A DNA stretch of 64,000 nt from Candidatus Multivorans sp. (GCA_965224025.1 OZ245033.1:3328001-3392000), one strand, 5' to 3'. Positions 29,727 through 39,409 are shown, counted from the stretch's first letter. A program made the numbers and translations. The notes: generated by a model not told the origin, from the sequence alone.

Positions 29727-31067
29727 CGGACTGGACGGCGCGGGCACCCAACATGCTTGTCAGTCTGCCGAGAGGCGTCTTGCCCGTACGATTGCGCGGA
29801 AGCGCATCCACGATCCGGATCGGTCGCGGCACGAAGGCGGGATCCAGCCGATTCGCCATCGCCTTTCGGATGTCTCGCGGCTCAAGGTCCGGCGCCACGA
29901 CTAGGGCCGCGAGGCGTTCCGACGGCTCGCCGTCGCGCCGGGGTTGGAAGATCACGCCGTCCTGCACTCCAGAGACTTCCAGCAGGAGCGCGTTCAGATT
30001 CGCGAGAGACTCCCGCTTTCCGGCAATTTTCACGATGTCCGTGGACCGTCCGAGGAACTCGAACCCTCCATCCGCAAGGGGCTCGAAGCGGTCCGCGAGG
30101 TCGACGGGTGCCTCCAGACGCGGCGCGCTCACCGTCAGGCCGCTTTGGGAAAATGCCAGTTGAAAGTAGTCGAAGAAGCACCATCCAGGACCTTCGGCAG
30201 GCCGGCGGGCGGCCAACGTTCCCACTTCGCTGCAACCGTAGAGTTCCAGAATCCGCGTTCCGAGGCGTTGTTCCGCCTGAGCTGCAAGGTTCGCATCCAG
30301 AGGGGCGGTTGCGCAGATCGTGACGCTTACCGGGCGAGCGGGAGGGGGTGCCTTGAGCAGCGCCCGCAGGTGGGTCGGCGTCGTCACGAGGACGGTGGGA
30401 GCGCTTGAAGAATCGAGGGTGTCGACTACGTCCTTGGGAAAAAACGCGCGTTCGCAGTGCACCGAGGCGGGAGCGATGCTCGGCAGCAGCAGCGTCCACT
30501 CGAGCCCGTACAGGTGCCATGGCGGAACGGTCGACACCATCGCGACCTCGCCGGCAGGAGTACCGGTTTCCTCCAGAGCTTGGGTCAGGCGGCGCCAGTG
30601 GATGGTGCGGAAGTCGCTGAGCAGCCCCCAAGTCTTCGGATGCGGGCGCGGAGCGCCGGTGCTGCCCGATGTGAAGACGATCGCGGCAAGCTGGGCCGCG
30701 TCGATGGCGGGCAGTTCCGCGGGCGGGTCCGCTGCGCCGGGGGAGGGGTCTGGAAAGGCCGTTGCGTCATCTCCGACGATCGCGCTGTCCGGGTACCTCC
30801 GGCGCAGCGCGTTCAGGGCGTCCGCACTTCGCTGTGACGGCAGAAGGTTGACGCTGCCTCTAAGGAGCGCGGCGAAGAACGCAACCCCGAAGAGATACCG
30901 GTCGGAGCACACGTTGATCAGCCAAGGGCGGTCGGGCAGGTTGTCGGCGCACAGCCGCGCGTCCCGGGCGAATTGCGAGACGGCGATCGGACGGTCGCCG
31001 GCGTACGCCCATGGCGTCTCGCCCGATCGATCAGAGGCGCCGCCGCCGGCGCCTCACGTTCGCGCAT
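29719..31067 (-). CDS. AMP-dependent acyl/aryl ligase (XanA2-like); 5' end disrupted
   Basis: FTSGSTGAP, STVPPWHLYGLE, TTPTHLRAL, ELYGCSEVG, GR..D.VKIAGKR, LPRN.TGK. ATG 31067 is out of frame with the body; the first in-frame start is GTG 30912. Confidence 0.8.
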
Positions 31068-31329
31068 TTACTTCCTTCCTGACGAAAGCCGTCAGGCTAC
31101 CGAGAGTGGCGAACGCTTCCCGCGTCGTCTCGTCCTTGGCGCTGAAGTGGACCGCGAACTCCTCCGCGATCGCGACCGCGATCTCCAGGGCGTCGATGGA
31201 GTCCAGGGCGAGACCCTCGTCGCCGAACATCAACTCGTCGGGGTCGATGTCGCCGGGATCGATTTCCTCCAGGTTCAGTGCGTCGACGATGAGCACGGCC
31301 ATCCGGGTCTGCTCAGGCGTCTGGTTCAC
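31054..31329 (-). CDS. Acyl carrier protein (XanC/ApeE-like)
   Basis: ALNLE, FGDEGLALDSIDALE with the phosphopantetheine Ser. Confidence 0.92.
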   Translation of the reverse strand: MNQTPEQTRMAVLIVDALNLEEIDPGDIDPDELMFGDEGLALDSIDALEIAVAIAEEFAVHFSAKDETTREAFATLGSLTAFVRKEVNART

Positions 31330-32572
31330 GAGGAATGGTGCCTTCTTGGGGCGCCAGCCGAAACACGAGCGAAGTGTTCACGCCGCCGAAGGCGAAGTTG
31401 TTGGTCATCAAGTGTTCCGCCTCGATGCACATCGGTTCGCCGACGACGTAGCCGAGCGCAGCACAGCGGGGGTCGGGATTCTCCAGATTGATCGTCGGCG
31501 CGGCCCAGCTTTCGCGGAGCATCTCGAGGCTCATCCATGCCTCTAGACTGCCACAGGCGCCCAGGGTGTGACCGATGTAGCTCTTCAGCGAGCTGATCGG
31601 CACCGGACGGCGGAACACTTCCAGCGTCGCCCTGCTCTCCGCGATGTCCCCTAATTCGGTGGCGGTGCCATGGGCGTTCACATAGGCGATCTGATCCGCG
31701 CTCAAGCCGGCGTCGGCGAGAGCCAGACGCATGGCTTCGGCCATGGTTCGTTGCGCGGGCTGGGTTGGATGGGCGCCATCGGAGTTGGCGCCGAAGCCGA
31801 CGAGTTCGGCCAGGATCGTTGCGCCGCGGTTGAGGGCGTGGCGCCTGCTTTCGAGCACGAACGTGCAAGCGCCTTCTCCGACCACAAGGCCGTCGCGGTC
31901 GGCGTCGAAGGGTCTCGGCGTGCGCGACGGCGTCTGGTTGCGGCGGCTCGTGGCGTACAGCGTGTCGAATGTCGCCACCGCCGGGAGGTCGAGTTCGTCG
32001 GCGCCGCCGGCGACCATCGCGTCCTGGTAGCCGTGCCTGATCGACTCGTACGCCATGCCCAGCGAGAGGCTCCCCGAAGTGCAGGCGGAGGAGGAGGGGA
32101 GGAGACGGCCGGTGAGGCCAAAGAACATGCCGATCGCAGCCGCCGTCGTATGCGGCATCAGCTTGACGTAGACGTTCGAGGTGACGCCCGCGGTCGACCC
32201 GGTCGCGAGAAAGCGGCCGACTTCCCGCAGGCTGTCGGTGGATCCGATCGAGGATCCGTACGCCACGCCGACTCGACCGGATCGCAGGACGGGGTCGTCC
32301 CGGAGGCCGGCTTGCTCGAGCGCCAGTTCGGTCGCCCGGACGGCCAGGGCCGACACGCGACCCATGGACCGCCGCATCTTGCGCGGCCAGCGCAGGGGCG
32401 TCTCGAAGTCGGCCGGAGCGCCCAGCCAGGACCTCAACCCCTCTACACGACTCCATTCGTCCATCCGTTCGACGCCGCCCTCTCCCGCCAACAGACGGGC
32501 CCGAATCGACGCCCAGTCCGCGCCGATGGGCGAGATACCGGCGACGCCGGTGACGACGACCCGCCTGTTCAT
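31313..32572 (-). CDS. Beta-ketoacyl-ACP synthase II (ApeR-like)
   Basis: RRVVVTG, RSMGRVS, MPHTTA, SSACTSGS, NAHGTAT, KSYIGHTLGACG, NNFAFGGVN. Confidence 0.93.
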   Translation of the reverse strand: MNRRVVVTGVAGISPIGADWASIRARLLAGEGGVERMDEWSRVEGLRSWLGAPADFETPLRWPRKMRRSMGRVSALAVRATELALEQAGLRDDPVLRSGRVGVAYGSSIGSTDSLREVGRFLATGSTAGVTSNVYVKLMPHTTAAAIGMFFGLTGRLLPSSSACTSGSLSLGMAYESIRHGYQDAMVAGGADELDLPAVATFDTLYATSRRNQTPSRTPRPFDADRDGLVVGEGACTFVLESRRHALNRGATILAELVGFGANSDGAHPTQPAQRTMAEAMRLALADAGLSADQIAYVNAHGTATELGDIAESRATLEVFRRPVPISSLKSYIGHTLGACGSLEAWMSLEMLRESWAAPTINLENPDPRCAALGYVVGEPMCIEAEHLMTNNFAFGGVNTSLVFRLAPQEGTIPREPDA

Positions 32573-32632
32573 CCCGGAAGCGTTCCGGCGCGAGAGAGAT
32601 TCAAGATGAGGCCGAACGCGGAGTCGGCTCCG

Positions 32633-33355
32633 CTAGATCATGCCCCCGTTTACCGACAGGACCTGTCGGGTCACGTAGGCGGCAAGGTCGGTGAACAGAT
32701 ACCGGACCAGGCTGGCGACCTCCTCGGGCGTTCCCCGGCGTCGCAACGGCACGAGCCGCTCGACGATCTCGTCGGAGGTGCTCTGGGTCATCTCGGTCCC
32801 GACGATACCCGGAGCGACGCAATTCACGGTGATCTTCCTCTTGCCGAGTTCGACGGCCAGCGCCTTCACGGCGCCGATCAGCCCCGCCTTGGCGGCACTG
32901 TAGTTGACCTGCCCGCGATTGCCAGCGATGCCGGAGATGGACGACATGGCCACGATGCGGCCGCCGTCGCGCAGGCGGATCATCGGCATCACACACGGCT
33001 GTACGACGTTGAAGAAGGAGTCCAGGTTGGTGCGCAGGACATCGTCCCAATCCGCCTCCGTCAAGGCGGGGAACGCGGCGTCGGCGTGGGCGCCGGCGTT
33101 GCAGACGACGCCGTAGAACGCGCCCCGGTCCGCCATGTCCCGGTCGAGGGCGGCGCGAATCGCGACGCGATCCGAGACGTCGCCGAGGAGCGCGCTGGCG
33201 GTGCCGCCGCGCGAGCGGATCTCGCCCACGACGTCCTCCACGTCGCCTCGGGCATTGCAGGCCACGTCGAACCCGTCCTCGGCCAGGGCCAGGGCGACCG
33301 CGCGGCCTATGCCACGTGACGCCCCGGTTATGAGCGCTCGACGCGGTCCGGTCAT
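32633..33355 (-). CDS. fabG: 3-oxoacyl-ACP reductase (ApeQ-like)
   Basis: TGASRGIG, CNAG, GNRGQVNYSAAK, VNCVAPG, YVTRQV.SVNGG. Confidence 0.92.
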   Translation of the reverse strand: MTGPRRALITGASRGIGRAVALALAEDGFDVACNARGDVEDVVGEIRSRGGTASALLGDVSDRVAIRAALDRDMADRGAFYGVVCNAGAHADAAFPALTEADWDDVLRTNLDSFFNVVQPCVMPMIRLRDGGRIVAMSSISGIAGNRGQVNYSAAKAGLIGAVKALAVELGKRKITVNCVAPGIVGTEMTQSTSDEIVERLVPLRRRGTPEEVASLVRYLFTDLAAYVTRQVLSVNGGMI

Positions 33356-33816
33356 CAGGGTGTCCGCTCGCTTCTGGATCGCAGGTAGACGGTTACGGCG
33401 CAGTCTGCCAGTTTACCCCTGAACTGGTCTGCGATAACGCCTCGGAACTTGGAGACGTCGGGAGTTTCGAGGACGGGAGACACGTCGATGGTCAGGCGGG
33501 CGCCGAGGCGGAACCAGGTCTCGGTGCACGTGTACTCCCGCGTGCCGAGAAGGTAGCCGACCCGTACGGGCTCCCCTTTCCGCAGGGCGACGAGTCCGGC
33601 GTGAGCCGCAACAGTCTGGGCGATGTACTCGATGCCGAAGTAGGAGGGAACCCCGTGCGGCGCCTCGTAGAACATCGAGTCTTCGCCGATGCGGACCACG
33701 CTTCGGGTCGACGAGGATCCCTGCGCCGTGGCGCTGTCGATCAGGATCATCGGCGCGGCATGTGGCAGTAGGGCTTCGATGTTAGGCACCGGGACGGTTG
33801 CGGCTCGATCTGGCAC
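33355..33816 (-). CDS. ApeP-like hot-dog dehydratase
   Basis: LLPHAAPMILID, GIEYIAQ.VAAHAG, GYLLGTR. Confidence 0.9.
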   Translation of the reverse strand: MPDRAATVPVPNIEALLPHAAPMILIDSATAQGSSSTRSVVRIGEDSMFYEAPHGVPSYFGIEYIAQTVAAHAGLVALRKGEPVRVGYLLGTREYTCTETWFRLGARLTIDVSPVLETPDVSKFRGVIADQFRGKLADCAVTVYLRSRSERTP

Positions 33817-33831
33817 GGACCGCGCGCGGCG

Positions 33832-34416
33832 CTACGCGCCGATTAGCACGCCGCTGCTGTGCGTGCCTGCGTCCGAAGTGAACCTGAATGCGACCCGCGA
33901 CCGCGTCTGGATCTCGTGGATCACTGCGACCCGAAGCCTGACGCCTGGCACGATCAGCCGCGCGAACTTCAGGTTGCGGATCTCGGCGGTCGCGGTGTGA
34001 TCGGCAAAGACCCGACGCGAGAGCTTGTCCGCCCACAGCAACTGGGCGAGGCCGGGAACGATCGGCTCGTCCGGGAAATGGCCCTCCAGGACCGCCAGGT
34101 CGGCCGTCACCGCAGCCTCGCCGAGCCACGTCGCGGTAGTGCACTCGAGTTCCTTCCAACGTGGGTGGAGGGGACGGTCGCGATTGGCCTTCCCGGCGGC
34201 GGGAAGACGCCGCACGAAGCGCCATCGCTCGTGCACCCGCTCGATATCCGCTGCGGACGAAAGAAGGCTGCTCAGTTCCCGGACTAGCGCCTGCTTGCCC
34301 TTGTACGCCAGGGTTTCCCAACCAGCCTCCGTCGGCACGACGAAGAGTTCTCCGGCGTGGAACCGGGCGGTCTCGACGGACTCCAGACGTTTGACCGCCC
34401 TGACCAGAGCGTTCAT
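33832..34416 (-). CDS. ApeI-like dehydratase fused to a ligase C-terminal tail
   Basis: GHFP..PIVPG.AQL.W and NLKF...I.P; N part GKQALV..L...RWRFV..LP...GK resembles the end of an AMP-ligase. Confidence 0.75.
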   Translation of the reverse strand: MNALVRAVKRLESVETARFHAGELFVVPTEAGWETLAYKGKQALVRELSSLLSSAADIERVHERWRFVRRLPAAGKANRDRPLHPRWKELECTTATWLGEAAVTADLAVLEGHFPDEPIVPGLAQLLWADKLSRRVFADHTATAEIRNLKFARLIVPGVRLRVAVIHEIQTRSRVAFRFTSDAGTHSSGVLIGA

Positions 34417-34417
34417 T

Positions 34418-34666
34418 TCAGCGGACCTGCAACAACTCGGCGACGAGGTCGACCAGGTCCTCGACCGTGCGAATCTCCTTGACCCGTTCCGGTGCGATTT
34501 CGGCCTGTGTGAACTCCTTGAGTCGGACGATCAGATCCACCGCGTCGATGCTGTCGAGGGCCAGATCTTCGTAGAGGCGGGCGTCGAGGGCGATCCGGGC
34601 TGGCTGAAGCTCGTACATCTCGACCAGGATGTCCGTGAGCTTGGCCTCGATTTCGTCGCGCGTCAT
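34418..34666 (-). CDS. Acyl carrier protein (ApeF-like)
   Basis: LYEDLALDSIDAVDLIV, IRTVEDLV. Confidence 0.92.
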   Translation of the reverse strand: MTRDEIEAKLTDILVEMYELQPARIALDARLYEDLALDSIDAVDLIVRLKEFTQAEIAPERVKEIRTVEDLVDLVAELLQVR

Positions 34667-34700
34667 CCTTTTCTGCGGCTCCTTCAAGCAACGCCGAACC

Positions 34701-35501
34701 CTACCAGCGGGCCATCTTCGGATCCAGGCAATCCGCGGGTGGCAGTCCCAACGCCCGCTCCAGAATCCTGCAGCCCGATCGGGACTTCTCGCGCTCGCTG
34801 CCGCGGCTTCCGAACGCGGACGGATGGATCTCTTCGCCGACGCTCATCGTGAAGCGCACAGCGTCTGGCGGAAGGCGCGCGAGAGAGTCCGTCTTGCCGA
34901 GCGCGGGCGGGCGAACCCGTAGGCGGACGGGAACCGCCGAATGGTCGGACCGCAAGAGAATCAGCGCCGCACCGCGCCGCACGGCAACTGGCCGGTCCTT
35001 CCTCGTGCGCGTCCCTTCCGGAAAGAGGAGGACCGTCTCGCCGGCTCGCAGGAGACGCACCGTCCGGTCGACGACGTCAAGCGGGTCGACGCTTGGCACA
35101 TAGCCTGCGAGGCGGACGACCGCACCCAGAAACGGGCTGCGCCACACGGCCCGTTTGACGACGCAGCGTGCGTCGGGAAGGCGGGAGACCAGGACCACGA
35201 CATCGATCAGCGATGGATGGTTGGCGACCACGAGCCGACCGCGAAGATGAAGCAGGCGCTCTTCTCCGCGAAACTCGAACCGCATGAGGCGCAGAACGGA
35301 CAAAAAGGCCAGGAACAGGCGAAAGGACAGTTGAATGGCTCTACGGCACCGCCGTCCGATCGCTTCTCGCGGGCTCAACAGACGGATGGTGGGGAAGATG
35401 ACGGCGCCCAGAACGAGGCCGCCGAGGCCGAAGAGAAGAAACGACATGGCCGTCAGCGGAATCCTCCAGCAGCGCTGAAGGAAAGTTCTTGCGTCGGCCA
35501 T
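34701..35501 (-). CDS. Lysophospholipid acyltransferase (ApeD-like)
   Basis: SFLLFGLGG, ANHPSLID, CVVK, FPEGTRT, RGAA. Confidence 0.9.
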   Translation of the reverse strand: MADARTFLQRCWRIPLTAMSFLLFGLGGLVLGAVIFPTIRLLSPREAIGRRCRRAIQLSFRLFLAFLSVLRLMRFEFRGEERLLHLRGRLVVANHPSLIDVVVLVSRLPDARCVVKRAVWRSPFLGAVVRLAGYVPSVDPLDVVDRTVRLLRAGETVLLFPEGTRTRKDRPVAVRRGAALILLRSDHSAVPVRLRVRPPALGKTDSLARLPPDAVRFTMSVGEEIHPSAFGSRGSEREKSRSGCRILERALGLPPADCLDPKMARW

Positions 35502-35505
35502 CCGG

Positions 35506-36258
35506 TTACTTGCCATCCTGCCTTGGCGCTTCCGCTCCGTTCGCTGCTCGCCGTCCGCCGCTTCCGGATGAAGGAGCCGGGCCTTCGGTCGCGGCGACAT
35601 GGCGAAGCGCCCTCGCCGCCGCGCGGCGCTCGGCCGCCTTCTTCGATCGGCCCGTCGCGCTGGCCGCAATCTCGCCGTCGATCCAGCACTCGACGTGAAA
35701 GACCGGATCATGATCCGGACCCTCCCGACTCATGTGCTGGTACTCGGGGGGATCGAGGCCTTTCCCCTGCAGCAGCTCCTGCAGCCTGGATTTCGCATCT
35801 GAGGCGTCCATTGCTTCGGCGGCCTCTGCCTCGATCCACGGCTCGACCAGGCCGCAGGCCGCCTCCAGGCCACCGTCGACGAACACGGCACCGATCACGG
35901 CTTCGAGCGCACAGGCGAGGAGCGACTGCTTGTCGCGCCCCCCGGAGCGCTCCTCGCCACGGCCCAGCCGGAGGGCCGAACCGAGCTCCAGACGCCGTGC
36001 GCAGCGCGCCAGCGCCTCCGCACTCACGACCCGGGACTTGACCTTTGACAGGTCGCCTTCCGCCGCCAGCGGTCGGCCGCGGAACAGCCAGTTGGCGGCG
36101 ATCAGACCAAGCACCGAGTCGCCAAGGAACTCGAGGCGCTCGTTGTGCTGCTTCAAGCCCTGTTCGTTGGCGAAGGAGGTATGTGTCAGGGCCTGTTCGA
36201 GAAGAGCGCGGTTCTGAAACGAATAGCCGAGGCGGTCTTCGATCGGGTGGGGTTCCAC
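35506..36258 (-). CDS. rnc: Ribonuclease III
   Basis: ALTH.S, NERLEFLGDSVL, EA.IGA.F.DGG, dsRBD with KSRLQE, GPDH, G.SKK.AE; GTG start 36258. Confidence 0.95.
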   Translation of the reverse strand: MEPHPIEDRLGYSFQNRALLEQALTHTSFANEQGLKQHNERLEFLGDSVLGLIAANWLFRGRPLAAEGDLSKVKSRVVSAEALARCARRLELGSALRLGRGEERSGGRDKQSLLACALEAVIGAVFVDGGLEAACGLVEPWIEAEAAEAMDASDAKSRLQELLQGKGLDPPEYQHMSREGPDHDPVFHVECWIDGEIAASATGRSKKAAERRAAARALRHVAATEGPAPSSGSGGRRAANGAEAPRQDGK

Positions 36259-36263
36259 GGACC

Positions 36264-37562
36264 TCAGGGGTAGATCCGATCCATCGTTCGAGGGTAGGGG
36301 ATTGTCTCTCGCAGGTGATGGACGCCGGCCATCCAGGCGACGAAGCGCTCGACGCCCATGCCGAAGCCGCTGTGCTCGAACGTGCCGTAGCGGCGGATGT
36401 CCAGGTACCACTGGAAGGACTCGAGCGGCAGATCGTGCTCCTTGAGCCGCGACAGCAGCAGATCGTGGTCGTGGATGCGCTGGCTGCCGCCGATGATCTC
36501 GCCGTAGCCTTCCGGAGCGATCACGTCGAGCGCCAGGGCCAGGGTCGGGTCTTCCGGGTCGGGTTCCATGTAGAACGCCTTCAGTGAAGTCGGGTAGTGG
36601 GTGACCATCACCGGGCGGTCGAACTGCTGGGCGATCGCGGTCTCTTCCGGAGCGCCGAAGTCGTTGCCGAACTCGATCTCCGACCCCTGGCGGCGCAGCA
36701 GGTCGATCGCTTCCGTGTAGCGGAGCCGCGGGAAGGGCTTGCGGATCGCTTCCAGTTTGGACGTGTCCCGCTCGAGGACCCTGAGCGGGTCGCCGCAGTT
36801 CTCCAGCACCCGCTCCGCCAGGTAGGCGACGAAGTCCTCGGCCAATTCGCACAGGCCCTCGAAGTCGAGGAAGGCCGCTTCCGGCTCGACCATCCAGAAC
36901 TCCATCAGGTGGCGCCGGGTCTTCGACTTCTCGGCCCGGAAGGTGGGGCCGAAGCAGTAGACCTTGCCGAGAGCGGCGGCCGCGGGCTCGAGGTAGAGCT
37001 GGCCGGACTGGCTCAGGTAGACGTTGCCGTGGTCGAAGTACGGCGTCTCGAACAGGGTCGAGGCCCCTTCGCACGCCGCCGGCGTCAGGATCGGCGAGTC
37101 GACCAGGTAGTAGCCGCGCTCGCGGTGGAAGTCGTGGATCGCCTGGCAGACTTCGCTGCGGATCCGCAGCACCGCGCGCTGCCGGCTCGAGCGCAGCCAG
37201 AGGTGGCGATGGTCCATCAGGAAGGCGGTGCCGTGCTCCTTCGGCGTGATCGGATACCCGTCCGCGCCGCGGACCAGTGCCAGGGACGAGACGTGGACCT
37301 CGACCCCGCCGGGCGAGCGCGGGTCGGCGGCGGCGGTGCCGCTCACCGCGACTGTCGATTCCTGCGTGGCGTGTTGGAGCGCCTCCCAGGAGGCCTCGTC
37401 CACCTCCTTGCGGCTGATGACGAGCTGCACCGTGGCACCCGAATCCCGGAGCTGGATGAAGCCGATCCGGCCGCTGGAACGGCGGCCGTCGACCCAGCCG
37501 CGCAGGCGGACTTGCTCGCCGACGAGCGCGCCCAGCTCGGGGATCGAATTCCAGCCGCTCAC
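36264..37562 (-). CDS. asnS: Asparagine--tRNA ligase
   Basis: OB fold, RHLWLRS, YLSQSGQLY, FRAEKSKTRRHLMEFWMVEPE, GEIIGGSQR, GFGMGVER. Confidence 0.96.
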   Translation of the reverse strand: MSGWNSIPELGALVGEQVRLRGWVDGRRSSGRIGFIQLRDSGATVQLVISRKEVDEASWEALQHATQESTVAVSGTAAADPRSPGGVEVHVSSLALVRGADGYPITPKEHGTAFLMDHRHLWLRSSRQRAVLRIRSEVCQAIHDFHRERGYYLVDSPILTPAACEGASTLFETPYFDHGNVYLSQSGQLYLEPAAAALGKVYCFGPTFRAEKSKTRRHLMEFWMVEPEAAFLDFEGLCELAEDFVAYLAERVLENCGDPLRVLERDTSKLEAIRKPFPRLRYTEAIDLLRRQGSEIEFGNDFGAPEETAIAQQFDRPVMVTHYPTSLKAFYMEPDPEDPTLALALDVIAPEGYGEIIGGSQRIHDHDLLLSRLKEHDLPLESFQWYLDIRRYGTFEHSGFGMGVERFVAWMAGVHHLRETIPYPRTMDRIYP

Positions 37563-37777
37563 GGGTCGCTCCTCACGGCGCGATCATACCGGCGGGGAGT
37601 GTCGGACTCCGGGAGTGGCGGACATTGGCGGACCGGCCGGAAACGGGCAGGCGGTGGCCGCAAGGCAACGGCGGCTGCCAGCCGCTACACTAGCGCTCGA
37701 TGCGTCGCCAGCGGTCTGGGGCTCCGGCCCCTCCGGTAGCAGCCGGGCCTGCCGGGGGCCTCGGGGCCCGGGCTGCG

Positions 37778-38275
37778 ATGACGGAACCGGCCGTACCGTT
37801 CACAGCCGGTCCAGCGACATCAGTGGCTATCGCGACGCTCGCGATCCTCTGCTGTCTGGCGCTCGGCCTGGTCGTTGCCGCGCCGCTCCTGGCCGCTTCC
37901 GGCGGTCTTTCGGCATCGGTGCTTTACGAGTCCTTCGCTCGGGTCTGCCATCAGATCGCCGAACGCAGCTTCCATGTGGCGGGTCACCCCCTGGCCGTCT
38001 GCCACCGCTGCTTCGGTTTCTACGTCGGCTTCACCCTGGGGATGATCGTGCTGCCGCTTCTCCGTCCGGCGCGCGACTGGCTGCTCGAGAAACCCAGGCG
38101 CATTCTGCTGTTCCTGACGCCCGCCGCGATCGACTGGCTGCTGCCGATGAACACGCCGGCGAGCCGTTTCCTGACCGGCGTGCTGGCGGCGGCGCCCATC
38201 GCCGTCCTGGTCTGGGGCGCAGTCGGCCAGATCGTCCAACAGATGCCCCGAAACTTGCCACTTGAGGACCCGTAG
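37778..38275 (+). CDS. DUF2085-like membrane protein
   Basis: F..VCHQ..ERSF...G....VCHRC.G.Y.G and R..TG motifs. Confidence 0.85.
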   Translation: MTEPAVPFTAGPATSVAIATLAILCCLALGLVVAAPLLAASGGLSASVLYESFARVCHQIAERSFHVAGHPLAVCHRCFGFYVGFTLGMIVLPLLRPARDWLLEKPRRILLFLTPAAIDWLLPMNTPASRFLTGVLAAAPIAVLVWGAVGQIVQQMPRNLPLEDP

Positions 38276-38324
38276 AGCGTCTTGACCGGCGTGTGCTCGG
38301 GTTCGACCCGTCTGAGGAGATTCC

Positions 38325-38780
38325 ATGATACCGAAGAAACTCAAAGCAGCGGCCATCGGCGGTGGGGCGGCGGGAATCGCCTCGCAGATTCCATACTTGG
38401 AGTGGGTCAACGCTGCCTGCTGTGCGTTGGTCGTCGGCGGTGGTCTCCTAGCCGCTTACCTCGCGCGCCGGGACGACGGGAACGCGGAAGGCTTGCTCTA
38501 CAAGGACGGAGCGTTGATCGGCTTCATGTCTGGAGTCGTAGCGACGATCGTCTCCTTGGCCCTTGAACGGGTGTTGCAGGTAGGTCGTAACGATGAAACG
38601 GACGAGCAGGTCCAGGAGGCGCTAGCACAGGCTGAGGGCGCGCCGGAATGGGTCCTCGGACTGATCGAGAGCATGTCTACTGGCTGGTTTCAGGCGGGAA
38701 TCACGCTCGTCCTCTTCGGCGCCTTCGGTGTTCTAGGAGGCGTGTTGGGTGTGGCGGTGACTGGCCGCCGAAGAGGTTAG
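38325..38780 (+). CDS. Small multi-pass membrane protein with a CC motif
   Basis: GAGGAG RBS; IPYL..VNAACC, GAL.G..SG, F.AFG.LGG.LG. Confidence 0.75.
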   Translation: MIPKKLKAAAIGGGAAGIASQIPYLEWVNAACCALVVGGGLLAAYLARRDDGNAEGLLYKDGALIGFMSGVVATIVSLALERVLQVGRNDETDEQVQEALAQAEGAPEWVLGLIESMSTGWFQAGITLVLFGAFGVLGGVLGVAVTGRRRG

Positions 38781-38809
38781 CCACGAGTGTTGGGCGAGCG
38801 AGTGACATC

Positions 38810-38889
38810 TGAGCGTGACCCGGTTTCGTGGGCACCAGATCCGTGGAAGAAGCGGTACCCCAAGATGTCGAGAAGAAGGGGCCGTACCA
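38810..38889 (+). mobile_element. Degenerate IS3-family left end
   Basis: TGAGCGTGACCCGGTTTCGTGGGCACCAGATCC aligns with 39742 onward into the start of orfA. Confidence 0.75.
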
Positions 38890-39051
38890 TGTTGCCCACG
38901 GGGAACACGCCCGATACGATGCGCCGAATGGGCTTCAAGAATGCCCGAGGGACTTGCAGGGCTCGTACGAGCGATCCGCACCACGGAGTGCGGACACCCG
39001 TTTAGCGGTGTGTTCCTCAACTAGCAGTAGACCACCAGAGAGGATACAACC

Positions 39052-39357
39052 GTGACGACACCAGCTGTTCCGCCGCCTACCGCCTCCACCTACGCCGAGG
39101 GTAGTCAGGCCACGGCGGCCCTAGTCTTGGGGATCCTCGGCTTCGTCTGCTGCTTCCTCTGCGCTCCGTTCGCCTGGTGGATCGGTGCGGCGGAAGTCTC
39201 GGCAATTGACGCGGGACGGAGGCCACCTCAGAATCGAGGCGTTGGGAACGCTGGCAAGATCCTAGGCATCATAGGCACCTGCCTCATGACTCCCTTCGTC
39301 TTGATCATCTTGTTCCTGAACTTCGCCACCATCATGGCGGCCCTGGCGGGCGGCTAG
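39052..39357 (+). CDS. DUF4190-like membrane protein
   Basis: ATAALVLGILG.VCC, P.AW..G, AGKILGIIG. Confidence 0.82.
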   Translation: MTTPAVPPPTASTYAEGSQATAALVLGILGFVCCFLCAPFAWWIGAAEVSAIDAGRRPPQNRGVGNAGKILGIIGTCLMTPFVLIILFLNFATIMAALAGG

Positions 39358-39409
39358 GCGAGAGTGCAACTGCCAAGGTCGCGATGTAGCCAACCGAGGT
39401 GGATTCGTA

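Noticed and set aside
35506-37074. 522-aa RNase III with a long N-terminal extension
   Set aside because: The extension overlaps asnS in another frame; the real start is near 36258
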